Shown: piece by piece, positions 20,140 through 28,850 of the stretch | Layout: each line of letters starts with the position of its first letter | Position numbering within the stretch: position 1 is the stretch's first letter | Source: Candidatus Omnitrophota bacterium | Lineage (GTDB): Bacteria > Omnitrophota > Gorgyraeia > Tantalellales > Tantalellaceae | Direction: 5' to 3' | DNA: 64,000 bases | NCBI GenBank assembly: GCA_024277375.1 | Contig: JAJRVD010000025.1 | Location: 19,846-83,845, forward strand | Notes under the pieces: generated by a model | What the model was told of the DNA's origin: nothing | What the model saw: only the letters and a program-made list of their open reading frames with translations | The model's database searches: none | Translations under genes and position numbers: made by a program

Positions 20140-21083
20140 ATCTTCCCCTTTCCTATTACCTGCTTTATCCTTCCCAATAGCTCGGCGGGCTCAACAACCG
20201 CGACCCCGGCCTTACCAACCACGATACCGGCTGCGCAATTTGAAATATGCGCGGCCACGATCGGGGAAGCGCCACTTATCACCGACAACGTATATACAGC
20301 TATAACAGTATCTCCGGCACCGGAAACGTCAAACACCTCCTGCGCCGTCGTAGGTATTTTGCAAGGCTTTTTCCCTTTCACGAAAACCATCATACCTTCT
20401 TCACCGAGAGTTACAAGCACGACTTCGGCTTTAAGTTTCTTACGAAGCGCCTCTCCGGCCTTTTTGAGCTTAGCGTCATTATTAAGCAAAACACCTACAG
20501 CCCGGCCGGCTTCATGATGGTTGGGGGTTATCACATTAACGTTCGTATAGTAATCAAAATGACTTTCTTTCGGGTCTACCGATACGATCTTACCGTATCT
20601 CTTTGCCATTCGAACAGTTTCCTTTATCAACAAGGGTGTAATAAGACCCTTCCCATAGTCTTCAATTATGACGCCATCAACCGCCTTTATATTCTGTTTT
20701 ATGTACTCTTTTATCTTATTTGAAATATTCACAGGGATAGGCTCAACTTCTTCCTTATCAATGCGAAGCACCTGTTGGTTGTGCCCGGCAAAAACACGAG
20801 TCTTAAGGATCGTGGGCCTTTTTTTGTATTCAAAAATACCGTTTGTTATTATGTTTTTTTCTTCGAGCCGCTCTTTAAGGATATCCGCTTTATCATCGCC
20901 CCCGACAACTCCGACCAAAGACACTTCCGCCCCTAAAGCCGTAAGATTACTCGCGACATTACAAGCTCCTCCGGGCATATACTTAAGCTCTTTCTGCCAG
21001 ACAACGGGCACGGGAGCTTCAGGAGAAATACGTGTAACTTCCCCTCTGATGATCCGATCAAGCAAGAGATCCCCAATTACCAT
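20136..21083 (-). CDS. hldA: D-glycero-beta-D-manno-heptose-7-phosphate kinase (HldE domain I only, pfkB family)
   Basis: pfkB ribokinase-like fold (GGxxNVA ... DVSGAGDT). No adenylyltransferase domain II follows. Start at MVIGDLLLD; the ORF-track N-extension runs into the MITE. Confidence 0.8.
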   Translation of the reverse strand: MVIGDLLLDRIIRGEVTRISPEAPVPVVWQKELKYMPGGACNVASNLTALGAEVSLVGVVGGDDKADILKERLEEKNIITNGIFEYKKRPTILKTRVFAGHNQQVLRIDKEEVEPIPVNISNKIKEYIKQNIKAVDGVIIEDYGKGLITPLLIKETVRMAKRYGKIVSVDPKESHFDYYTNVNVITPNHHEAGRAVGVLLNNDAKLKKAGEALRKKLKAEVVLVTLGEEGMMVFVKGKKPCKIPTTAQEVFDVSGAGDTVIAVYTLSVISGASPIVAAHISNCAAGIVVGKAGVAVVEPAELLGRIKQVIGKGKI

Positions 21084-21180
21084 AATTTTCTTCCTGGAAA
21101 AGCTCTTTACCGTATTTGACAAAGTGGCATACTTATATCGCTTCACTAATGACTCCCCTGTTATTACATATTCAAGGATC

Positions 21181-21345
21181 CTGCAAAATGAAATTTTCGT
21201 CATTCGGACTGTGTCGTAATTCGTTTAGCGGATAGCCGCATAAAATATATCGTAGGGGTTCGATTTATCGAACCCGATATAGCGGGCTTGATGAATCAAG
21301 CCCCTACATCATGGTACAGTCAGATTTAAAAAACAGCGTTTTGCA
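21181..21345 (-). repeat. MITE-like element, family A, copy 5 (reverse orientation)
   Basis: Reverse complement of the full-length element, including outer CTGCAAAATG / CGTTTTGCA ends; lies between the heptose kinase gene and trxA. Confidence 0.85.
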
Positions 21346-21367
21346 TAAGCCTAATTACATATTTCCG

Positions 21368-21394
21368 GCAGGGCGTATCGCAACACGCCCCTAC
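21368..21394. repeat. REP-like palindrome type 3b
   Basis: GCAGGGCGTATCGCAACACGCCCCTAC between MITE copy 5 and trxA. Confidence 0.7.
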
Positions 21395-21399
21395 CCAAA

Positions 21400-21729
21400 T
21401 TAAAGTTGAGCGTCGATCTTAGAAACAATATCGTTTTTCGGTACTACGCCCACCATTTTCTCAGCTACTTCCCCACCTTTGAAGATGATCAAACTGGGTA
21501 TGTTCATAATACCGTATTCAGACGCCGTTTTCTGTCCCTCTTCAACGTTCAGCTTACATACCTTAAGTTTACCGTTATATTCCTGAGCTAATTCACCGAT
21601 CGTAGGCGCTATCATGCGACATGGTCCACACCATTCCGCCCAGAAGTCTACCAATACCGGCAGTTCTGATTCCAAAACTTCCTGTTTGAAATTTTCATCA
21701 TTTACCTTGATCTCTAATTCTTCGCTCAT
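21400..21729 (-). CDS. trxA: thioredoxin
   Basis: 109 aa; WCGPC active site. Confidence 0.93.
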   Translation of the reverse strand: MSEELEIKVNDENFKQEVLESELPVLVDFWAEWCGPCRMIAPTIGELAQEYNGKLKVCKLNVEEGQKTASEYGIMNIPSLIIFKGGEVAEKMVGVVPKNDIVSKIDAQL

Positions 21730-21806
21730 AGCTCCCCCCCCTAATAATATATATTATTCAGCCTATTATTATATGCTTTTTTTTTAAGTACGTAAAGGGG
21801 CTAGTC

Positions 21807-22850
21807 TTAAGTCTTTTGTTTTAATATGGTTACAGAGGCTTGAAACACTTCCTCGTCGGTTACTGCTTGCAAGCATTCAAAGTGTCGTTCACAATTATGG
21901 GCAAGACATTTTTGACAGCCCACGTCTTTGTGCAACACCTTATCACTTTCGCCTAAAGGCCCCCACCGCAAGGGCGAAAGCCCCGGGTCACTCCGACCGA
22001 AAATAACTACTGTCGGAGTTCCAACAGCTACGGACACATGAACGGGACCGGAATCGTTAGAAATGAATAAACGGCAGCGAGAAAGAACTTCGGACAGTTC
22101 ACCAATAGACAATTTTTGTGTTAGATCAAAAGCCTTGGATCTTACTTCGGAGACGATTTGAGAACTATACGTTTTTGTTTCACCCGATCCCACAACAACA
22201 ATGTCACACCCATATTTTTCAACAAGCATATCGGCGACTTGAATAAAACGCTCGGGAGGCCATCGTTTTGACGGACAGCTGGCGCCGGGATGAAAAGCAA
22301 TAATGTTATCCCCTATCTCATTTTCCTCAAGAATAAAGTCGACACGTTTTTTTTGGCGCTCATCGGTCACTACATAAGGCAGACGATCCGCGCCATCCGT
22401 ATCCAATCCACATTTTTTTAAAAGATCGAAATTGTAATCTACCTCATGCTTTGTTCCTTCTTGTTTATCATGAAATATTTTTTCTGTTAGCAAACAGCCC
22501 ATTTTCCTGTCATATCCTATCCGGCGGGAGATCCCGGCCAAAAACAACATGACATGCACACGGTTCGTAGGATGAAGCGCTATCGCCATATCAAACCCTT
22601 TTTTTCTGAGTCTGAAAGCGAAGTTTATCGTACTCCAGAAACTTTTGTGAATGCCGCGCTTATCATAAATAATTACTTCATCAAGGTGGGGATTATTGGA
22701 AACTACGTCAAAGTTTTCCGGCCTTACCATAAAAGCAATGTACGCATCGGGGTTTTGTTCTCTCAGAAGGCGGATCGCCGGAGTTGAAAGCACGACGTCG
22801 CCGAGTCTATCGGTCCGTGTGATCAGTATACGTCGAGAATTGCCTGTCAT
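21807..22850 (-). CDS. ADP-heptose:LPS heptosyltransferase (GT9 family)
   Basis: 347 aa; GT9 N-terminal signature (ILIxRxxxLGDVVLSTPA) and C-terminal domain; lies within the LPS core cluster. Confidence 0.8.
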   Translation of the reverse strand: MTGNSRRILITRTDRLGDVVLSTPAIRLLREQNPDAYIAFMVRPENFDVVSNNPHLDEVIIYDKRGIHKSFWSTINFAFRLRKKGFDMAIALHPTNRVHVMLFLAGISRRIGYDRKMGCLLTEKIFHDKQEGTKHEVDYNFDLLKKCGLDTDGADRLPYVVTDERQKKRVDFILEENEIGDNIIAFHPGASCPSKRWPPERFIQVADMLVEKYGCDIVVVGSGETKTYSSQIVSEVRSKAFDLTQKLSIGELSEVLSRCRLFISNDSGPVHVSVAVGTPTVVIFGRSDPGLSPLRWGPLGESDKVLHKDVGCQKCLAHNCERHFECLQAVTDEEVFQASVTILKQKT

Positions 22851-22870
22851 GCCATCCTTTATCAGCGTTT

Positions 22871-22988
22871 AGATCCCTCCCCTCGCTTCGCTCGGTCGGG
22901 ATGACAGACTTTTTGTCATCCCATCGAGGCCCGAAGGTCCGGACATTGTCGTCCTGAGCGAGGCCTTCAGGCCGAGTCGAAGGATCTC
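22871..22988. repeat. type-2 GC-rich repeat (GTCATCCTGAGCG...GAGTCGAAGGATCTC), head-to-head dimer, solo
   Basis: AGATCCCTCCCCTCGCTTCGCTCGGTCGGGATGAC followed by GTCATCCC...CGTCCTGAGCGAGGCCTTCAGGCCGAGTCGAAGGATCTC; the same unit forms the tail of MITE copies 3, 7, 10 and 15. Confidence 0.7.
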
Positions 22989-23013
22989 ATTTTTAGCGTC
23001 TAGCGTACGCTAG

Positions 23014-23520
23014 TTATTTCGTTAGCTCTTCGTAAATTTTTTGGTACACATCAAGATCTCTCGCGCTAAAGCATACATACACTATACGATCAAAATCACC
23101 TCTGTGTTTTATGCCTTCTTCCAAAGCTATGCGTGTCGCTTCCTCAACAGGAAATCCGTAAATACCGGTACTTATGGCCGTAAAAGCGATCGTTCTCGAT
23201 CCATTTTCTATCGCGCACTTAAAGCTATTGATATAACAATTCCTCAATAACCCCGACTCGCCGGAATGACCACCGTACCATACGGGTCCCGGGGTATGGA
23301 TAATATTTCGCGCGAGGAGGTTTCCGGCAGTCGTAATGACAGCTTCTCCTGTTTCACATCCACCAATCCCTCGGCATTCTTCCATAACCGAAGGGCCCGC
23401 GGATCGATGAATAGCGCCATCAACACCACCTCCACCCTTAAGACCCGTGTTTGCGGCATTAACGATCGCGTCTACGTCTTCTTTTGTTATGTCACCCCGC
23501 TTAATAATGATCTGGCCCAT
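23014..23520 (-). CDS. macro-domain protein (O-acetyl-ADP-ribose deacetylase-like)
   Basis: Macro domain motifs (VNAANxxLxxGGGVDGAIH, ISTGIYG). Start at MGQIIIK; the ORF-track extension covers a palindromic repeat. Confidence 0.8.
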   Translation of the reverse strand: MGQIIIKRGDITKEDVDAIVNAANTGLKGGGGVDGAIHRSAGPSVMEECRGIGGCETGEAVITTAGNLLARNIIHTPGPVWYGGHSGESGLLRNCYINSFKCAIENGSRTIAFTAISTGIYGFPVEEATRIALEEGIKHRGDFDRIVYVCFSARDLDVYQKIYEELTK

Positions 23521-23532
23521 GACAGCCCCCCG

Positions 23533-23560
23533 GTAGGGACGTACTGCAATACGTCCCTGC
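23533..23560. repeat. REP-like palindrome type 3b
   Basis: GTAGGGACGTACTGCAATACGTCCCTGC between the macro-domain gene start and the upstream heptosyltransferase stop. Confidence 0.75.
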
Positions 23561-23590
23561 ATATTGTTTTATTCACTCCGTTACCTAATA

Positions 23591-24604
23591 TCAGCTACGT
23601 AACAAAATCTCTTTCGCGGCCCGAAAAACGTCTTCCAATACCACGTCTGTTATACATCCTTCCTCTGGTCCCTGGTCACATAACGCGTTTTCGCAAGGAC
23701 GACATGACTTGCGCGGCTTAAGGACCCTGCTTTCTTTCGCCAAAGGACCATATTTTCGCTCGTCGGATGGACCGAAAATAGCTACAGTGGGTGTGTTTAC
23801 CGCACTGGCTACGTGCATGGGAGCGCTATCATTCGTTATAAGTAGTTTGGCGGAACCTATAAGTCCGGCAAGTTCCGAAATGGATGTTTTGCCATGCAAA
23901 TCATTCACCGGCTCTTTCACTTCAGCTAGAAAATTTTCTATCACTTCCTCATCGTCTTCATTCCCGGTTACAATTATTCTACAGCCGAGTTCTGTTACCA
24001 GTTTATCAGAGAGTTTCGCGTACTTTGAAACATCCCATCGTTTCAGATGACTTTTAGCCCCGGGATTAATTACGACTAACTGTTTTTGTTTTCTTGAACC
24101 CATTATTCCACTGACAATATTTTTTTGAGTATTATCTACCGGCAGGTAAAACCTTGTTCCGAGAAACGCCTCTATCCCAAAGTCTAATAACTTCGAAAGA
24201 TGTTCTTCCTTTTTATGTTTTACGAATTCCTTCTCTCCACCGGTGAATATCTTTTTTTTCGTAAACACTAAATTCGATAAACCCGGACGAAAACGTGATC
24301 CTACAAGGAATGGGATCAGTGAATTTTTCAGATCCACAACAAGATCATATTTTTTGTCGCGCAGGTAGAGTATTTGCCGCATAGCCTCGGGAAGAGGCTG
24401 TTTCTTATTGTGGACGATAACTTCCCTCACACGAGAATGCCCCTCAAAGATCTCCTTGCCCGGCGCTCCGGTCAATATGTCTACGTCTGAGGAGGGAAAT
24501 TCGTCACATAATTTCTCTAAAACGGGAGTTGTTAATATAATATCTCCCAGATTGCTCAATGTAATAAACAGGATCGATTTAACTTTTTCTTTATCTATTT
24601 CCAT
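23591..24604 (-). CDS. heptosyltransferase-family glycosyltransferase (GT9)
   Basis: 337 aa; LGDIILTTPV N-terminal motif and C-terminal GT9 domain (NDSAPMH). Confidence 0.75.
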   Translation of the reverse strand: MEIDKEKVKSILFITLSNLGDIILTTPVLEKLCDEFPSSDVDILTGAPGKEIFEGHSRVREVIVHNKKQPLPEAMRQILYLRDKKYDLVVDLKNSLIPFLVGSRFRPGLSNLVFTKKKIFTGGEKEFVKHKKEEHLSKLLDFGIEAFLGTRFYLPVDNTQKNIVSGIMGSRKQKQLVVINPGAKSHLKRWDVSKYAKLSDKLVTELGCRIIVTGNEDDEEVIENFLAEVKEPVNDLHGKTSISELAGLIGSAKLLITNDSAPMHVASAVNTPTVAIFGPSDERKYGPLAKESRVLKPRKSCRPCENALCDQGPEEGCITDVVLEDVFRAAKEILLRS

Positions 24605-24623
24605 ATTTCCTTTGAATACCCGG

Positions 24624-25646
24624 TTAGCTCGCTAATACCTCTTCCGCGGCATTAAAGACCTCGTCTACAGTGACCGATCTCATACACTTATAATCCTTCT
24701 CACATTCCTCTGCATAGCAAGGCACGACACAATCTATACTTTTCTGGATCACAATGTTCCTTCCCTTACCCCTCGGCCCCGTAATCTCACGCGACGTTGG
24801 GCCAAAAATCCCTATCGTTGTTGTCCCGGTAGCCGAAGCCAGGTGAAGAGGCCCGGAATCCGCGCTTACAACAAGATCGCATTTCTCGAAAAGAACACCC
24901 AACTCTTTTAAATCTGTCTGACCCGCGACAGCATAACATCTCCCGGACCCTATCTCCTTAACTATACCCCCGACATATTTCACATCTTTCGCCGCGCCGG
25001 GTATCATTACTTCAATATCGTCGAAACGATCCAGCAATTTTTTTCCCAGTGAAATAAAATTCTCAACCGGCCATCTTTTGGCTATCCAATTGCCGCCGGG
25101 ATTAAGCGCTACCATTCTCTTTACCCCGCCTTTTACATTGTGAAGTATCACATTCGCCCTATCCCGCTCTTCCGGCTTGGAAAAATATTCATATGTCCCA
25201 TCCGCTTCCGTCACTCCAAATACACCTGCCAACATCAGGATCTGATCGGCTCTATGAATATTGCCCTTCGGCATTTCAACTTCTTTTGTTAAAGATGTCT
25301 TTTTTCCCGCGAATCCGACACGTTCAGGGATACCCGCCAAAACCGCCATGGCGGTTTTCATAGAGGAAGGTTTCAAAAGCAAACACGTATCATATCCTTC
25401 TTTTCGTATCATTCTGACAAACGCCATTTTATCGCCCAGTGAAGTGATCTTATTGCTGTCTGAAAGCGCGTGCACACTATTTATCCAGGGATTATTTGTC
25501 AATAGATCCGCGTATCTTGGCACAACAACACATGTTATATAAATATCCGGGAAAGTTTTTCTGATAGCACGCAATAGCTGAAAGGAAAATAAAATATCAC
25601 CCATCCAATTCAGCATAAAAATGATCATTCTTTCCGGTTTTTTCAT
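24624..25646 (-). CDS. heptosyltransferase-family glycosyltransferase (GT9)
   Basis: 340 aa; GT9 fold (MGDILFSFQLL ... ADSGPLHLA). Confidence 0.75.
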   Translation of the reverse strand: MKKPERMIIFMLNWMGDILFSFQLLRAIRKTFPDIYITCVVVPRYADLLTNNPWINSVHALSDSNKITSLGDKMAFVRMIRKEGYDTCLLLKPSSMKTAMAVLAGIPERVGFAGKKTSLTKEVEMPKGNIHRADQILMLAGVFGVTEADGTYEYFSKPEERDRANVILHNVKGGVKRMVALNPGGNWIAKRWPVENFISLGKKLLDRFDDIEVMIPGAAKDVKYVGGIVKEIGSGRCYAVAGQTDLKELGVLFEKCDLVVSADSGPLHLASATGTTTIGIFGPTSREITGPRGKGRNIVIQKSIDCVVPCYAEECEKDYKCMRSVTVDEVFNAAEEVLAS

Positions 25647-26749
25647 TACCTACCCAGAACCTCTTCATATACTTTTATCGTTTTCTCCACACTCTCTTCG
25701 ATCGAAAAATTATTATGCGCCTTCAGCTTCGCTTTTTCCGCGAAACGGCGACGAAGCGCCCGGTCCTTCAAAAGACGCGTAATGGCTTCCCCCACAGCTT
25801 CCGAGTCTCGCGGCGGCACCAATATTCCGTCCTCTTCATTTTTGATCAACTCCGCGAGCCCGCCTACATTGCTCGCGACACAGGCTCTCCCCGCGGCCAT
25901 AGCCTCCATTAAAGACAATCCCAATCCCTCATGTATGGACGGCAGACAGAAAATATCAATAGCCATAAAATGTCTTTCGAGCGGGACGCCACCCGGAGCA
26001 AAAGAAATACTACCCGCGATCCCCAGATCAACGGCCTGTTGCTCTAAAGCCTTCCTTTCCGGGCCATCACCAACAATAAGCAACTGGATATTATCATCTT
26101 CCGACAACGCGTATTTGAAAGCGTCAATAAGATATTTATATCCTTTGACGGAAGAAAGCCTTCCTACGGTTCCGACTATTGTTTTGCCGGGATCCAACCC
26201 TAAGCTTTCCTTGAATTCACTGCCGTTCTCAACGGTTATTTCTTTGTATTTACTGAGTTCTATGCCATTGTATACCAATTCTATCCGATCAGCGGAGACA
26301 CCCAGATCCTCCCGGAGGTGTTTATATACACTTTTACTGATCGCTATAGCTTTTTTTCCCCAACACGGCAACAATCTACGAAAGATCTTACGATGTCTGA
26401 AAAATCCATGACATGTCGAAACAAATGGTACGCCAGAGATCTTTTCCGCAAAAAAAGCGAGCACCTGCGTAACGCGTGTTTGAGCATGCACAACATCAAT
26501 GCCATTTTCTTTGATCAAACGCGTTAATGAAGGTATAGCTTTCCACATTTTTAATCCAAATTCGGATTTTGTCTTTATGTCCAGCGGAATATGGGCTATG
26601 CCCTCCTCTTTAAGTATACCTTTTAAATCTCCCCCGCTGGAAGCCACAGCGACATCCATACCGTTCTTTTTTAAATATTTGGCAAGACTTATCGTATAAA
26701 CGCCTACGCCGCCGGTATTTAAGTGTGTTGTAAGTAAGAGAATTTTCAT
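25646..26749 (-). CDS. glycosyltransferase family 4 (GT-B, RfaG-like)
   Basis: 367 aa; N-terminal GT4 region (KILLLTTHLNTGGVGVY) and C-terminal glycos_transf_1 domain (EGLGLSLMEAMAAG). Confidence 0.8.
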   Translation of the reverse strand: MKILLLTTHLNTGGVGVYTISLAKYLKKNGMDVAVASSGGDLKGILKEEGIAHIPLDIKTKSEFGLKMWKAIPSLTRLIKENGIDVVHAQTRVTQVLAFFAEKISGVPFVSTCHGFFRHRKIFRRLLPCWGKKAIAISKSVYKHLREDLGVSADRIELVYNGIELSKYKEITVENGSEFKESLGLDPGKTIVGTVGRLSSVKGYKYLIDAFKYALSEDDNIQLLIVGDGPERKALEQQAVDLGIAGSISFAPGGVPLERHFMAIDIFCLPSIHEGLGLSLMEAMAAGRACVASNVGGLAELIKNEEDGILVPPRDSEAVGEAITRLLKDRALRRRFAEKAKLKAHNNFSIEESVEKTIKVYEEVLGR

Positions 26750-26755
26750 GATATA

Positions 26756-28849
26756 TTAAGACTGCTTCATAACTTCCATCAAAGCATCAACAACTTTTTC
26801 AGGTTTGATCGAAGTTATACATTTTGATCTATCCTTACACGTCGGTTTATAACAGGGTGAACACTTTAAATTTTTATATAAAACTCTCATGTCTTCTGAC
26901 GGAGGAATATGCCTGTCGGGGTCTGTGGGACCAAAAAGGGCCACAAACGGCGTCCCGGTAGCGGCCGCCACATGCATAGGCGCGCTATCTCCCGTAACTA
27001 AAGCGTTACATCTCTCAATAAGGCTGATGAGTTGTGGAACATTCGTCTTCCCCACCGCGTCTATGGGTTTCGCTTCCGTCTTTTTGAGAAATTCCGCGGC
27101 ACACGGCCTGTCTTCTTCCGCCCCTAAAAGGACGACTCTCATCCCCTTATCACGAGCAAGTATCCGCGCCAATTCCACCATAGCCGGTACTCCCCAGTTT
27201 TTTGTCTCCCATCGTCTCGAGGCGGATAAGCTTAGAGCAACCAGTTTTTGTCCTTCTATCATCCATCGTTCTTTTAGAAACCTTTCGGCCCAAGCCTCAT
27301 TCGCGTCACCCGGCCATAATTCCAGGTTTTGTTTGATGCCTGTAATACCAAGAAGCCCCAAAACAAAGCTTTGATGTTTCACCGGTGTCATGGGTCTCCT
27401 CGGAACGCTGATTTTACGATTAAGAAGGAAACTTAACTTGCCATTATCATAGCCGAATCTTTCGGGTATCGCGCTTAAAAAAGAAAGAAGATGACTCTTG
27501 CGATTATTCTGAAGATCTATCGAAACATCAAAATCCTCTGCTCTTAATTTTCCGGCTAATTTTAAAAATCCGATCCCATTATCCCTGTTTTTAAAGTCAC
27601 CGGCAATGATCTCGTCGATATAGGGACAGTTGTCCAACAGCTCCCTGAAACGCACATCAACGAGGATCTTAATATTAGCGTTTTTAAAGCGGTTTCTAAC
27701 AGCGCGCAGCGAGGGAGTGCTGAGAATAATATCACCGAGCGAACTTATTTTAAAAATAAGTATATTTTTCAGACCAAAAACACGTTTGTACGCTTCCAGC
27801 GTCATAGTCATCGTTTTTTCCAGAGAATAATTCTCTTCCACATATTTCCTGGCATTTTCGGCAACTTTCATGACCAGATCGGGTTCCTCGGCATAACGCA
27901 TGATCTTGGCGGCCATATCGGTTGGATCTTTTGGCGCGCAGAAGAGACCCGTCAAACCATCATTTATATTTTCCACAACACCACCTATTCTGGTAGCTAC
28001 AACCGGAACACCCCTGGCCTGTGCCTCGATAATCGACCTTCCAAAAGCTTCCTGTTCACTGTTTGCGGAAACCAGGACATCTAACCCTCCAATAACATCC
28101 GCTACATCTTTAGTGCTATCAACAAATTTCACCGATCTTTCGATCATCAGGCGACGCATCGTAAGGCTGATCCTTCTAAGATACTCCTCCTTAGCGGACG
28201 TTCTGTCTCCCATCATAACGATCTCAACATCAGGGATCTTACGCAAAACGTGCGCCATGGCTTTCAGAAAATCCACATGACCCTTTAGCGGTGTAAACCG
28301 ACATATCATTCCTACCCGAAAAGGCTTACTTCTCGCGGCCGACGGGGGGACAAAGGAAAATTTCTTAAGATCCACGCCCCGGGGAATAATAGTGATCTTT
28401 TGCCGGGGTACATTGAAATTATCTTTCATGTACCTGGCCATCGTCTCATTGGCGGTAATAACAACTTTTCCCCACCCCATAACTTTACTGATCAGATGTT
28501 TTCTATATTGACCATGCGCGGTTGTAACAAATGTCTTCTGCAAAGAACGAGCGGCAAAGTAACCTATAAGTGCCGGAACCCTGCTTCTGCCGTGTACAAT
28601 ATCTATACTGTCCTTTCGAATGATATGCCTGAGCTTAAAGTAACAACGTATCATGACTAAAGGATTCTTACTGCCTACAGGAAGCGTATAATGGCGTCCC
28701 CCGATAGCGCTGAGATCTTTCTCCATGCGGCCACCTGCCGAGACCACTACCGCTTTATGACCGTTAAGGGTTAAGTACCGGGCGACTTCTATGGTCCCCT
28801 TCTCTACTCCACCGACATTAAGTTTTGGAACTAACTGTAAAATATTCAT
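26756..28849 (-). CDS. bifunctional glycosyltransferase: N-terminal GT4 fused to C-terminal GT9 heptosyltransferase
   Basis: About 700 aa; residues ~1-370 are GT4 (EAFGRSIIEAQARGVP); residues ~375-712 are GT9 (ILIFKISSLGDIILSTPSL ... GDSAPMHVAAA). Start set at MNILQLV to avoid overlap with the upstream gene. Confidence 0.75.
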   Translation of the reverse strand: MNILQLVPKLNVGGVEKGTIEVARYLTLNGHKAVVVSAGGRMEKDLSAIGGRHYTLPVGSKNPLVMIRCYFKLRHIIRKDSIDIVHGRSRVPALIGYFAARSLQKTFVTTAHGQYRKHLISKVMGWGKVVITANETMARYMKDNFNVPRQKITIIPRGVDLKKFSFVPPSAARSKPFRVGMICRFTPLKGHVDFLKAMAHVLRKIPDVEIVMMGDRTSAKEEYLRRISLTMRRLMIERSVKFVDSTKDVADVIGGLDVLVSANSEQEAFGRSIIEAQARGVPVVATRIGGVVENINDGLTGLFCAPKDPTDMAAKIMRYAEEPDLVMKVAENARKYVEENYSLEKTMTMTLEAYKRVFGLKNILIFKISSLGDIILSTPSLRAVRNRFKNANIKILVDVRFRELLDNCPYIDEIIAGDFKNRDNGIGFLKLAGKLRAEDFDVSIDLQNNRKSHLLSFLSAIPERFGYDNGKLSFLLNRKISVPRRPMTPVKHQSFVLGLLGITGIKQNLELWPGDANEAWAERFLKERWMIEGQKLVALSLSASRRWETKNWGVPAMVELARILARDKGMRVVLLGAEEDRPCAAEFLKKTEAKPIDAVGKTNVPQLISLIERCNALVTGDSAPMHVAAATGTPFVALFGPTDPDRHIPPSEDMRVLYKNLKCSPCYKPTCKDRSKCITSIKPEKVVDALMEVMKQS

Positions 28850-28850
28850 A

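Noticed and set aside
22996-23009. Perfect palindrome CTAGCGTACGCTAG after the macro-domain gene
   Set aside because: It is a single short occurrence and could be a chance restriction-site-like palindrome or a minor terminator stem; there is insufficient evidence for a feature
26745-26760. Possible fifth in-frame-stop fusion between the GT4 gene (25646..26749) and the GT4-GT9 gene (26756..)
   Set aside because: The two share a frame, but only TAA plus two codons separate them. The downstream gene begins exactly at a canonical GT4 N-terminus (MKILLLT) with an ATG, and the upstream protein ends at a natural GT9 C-terminus. This is ordinary translational coupling, not an internal stop
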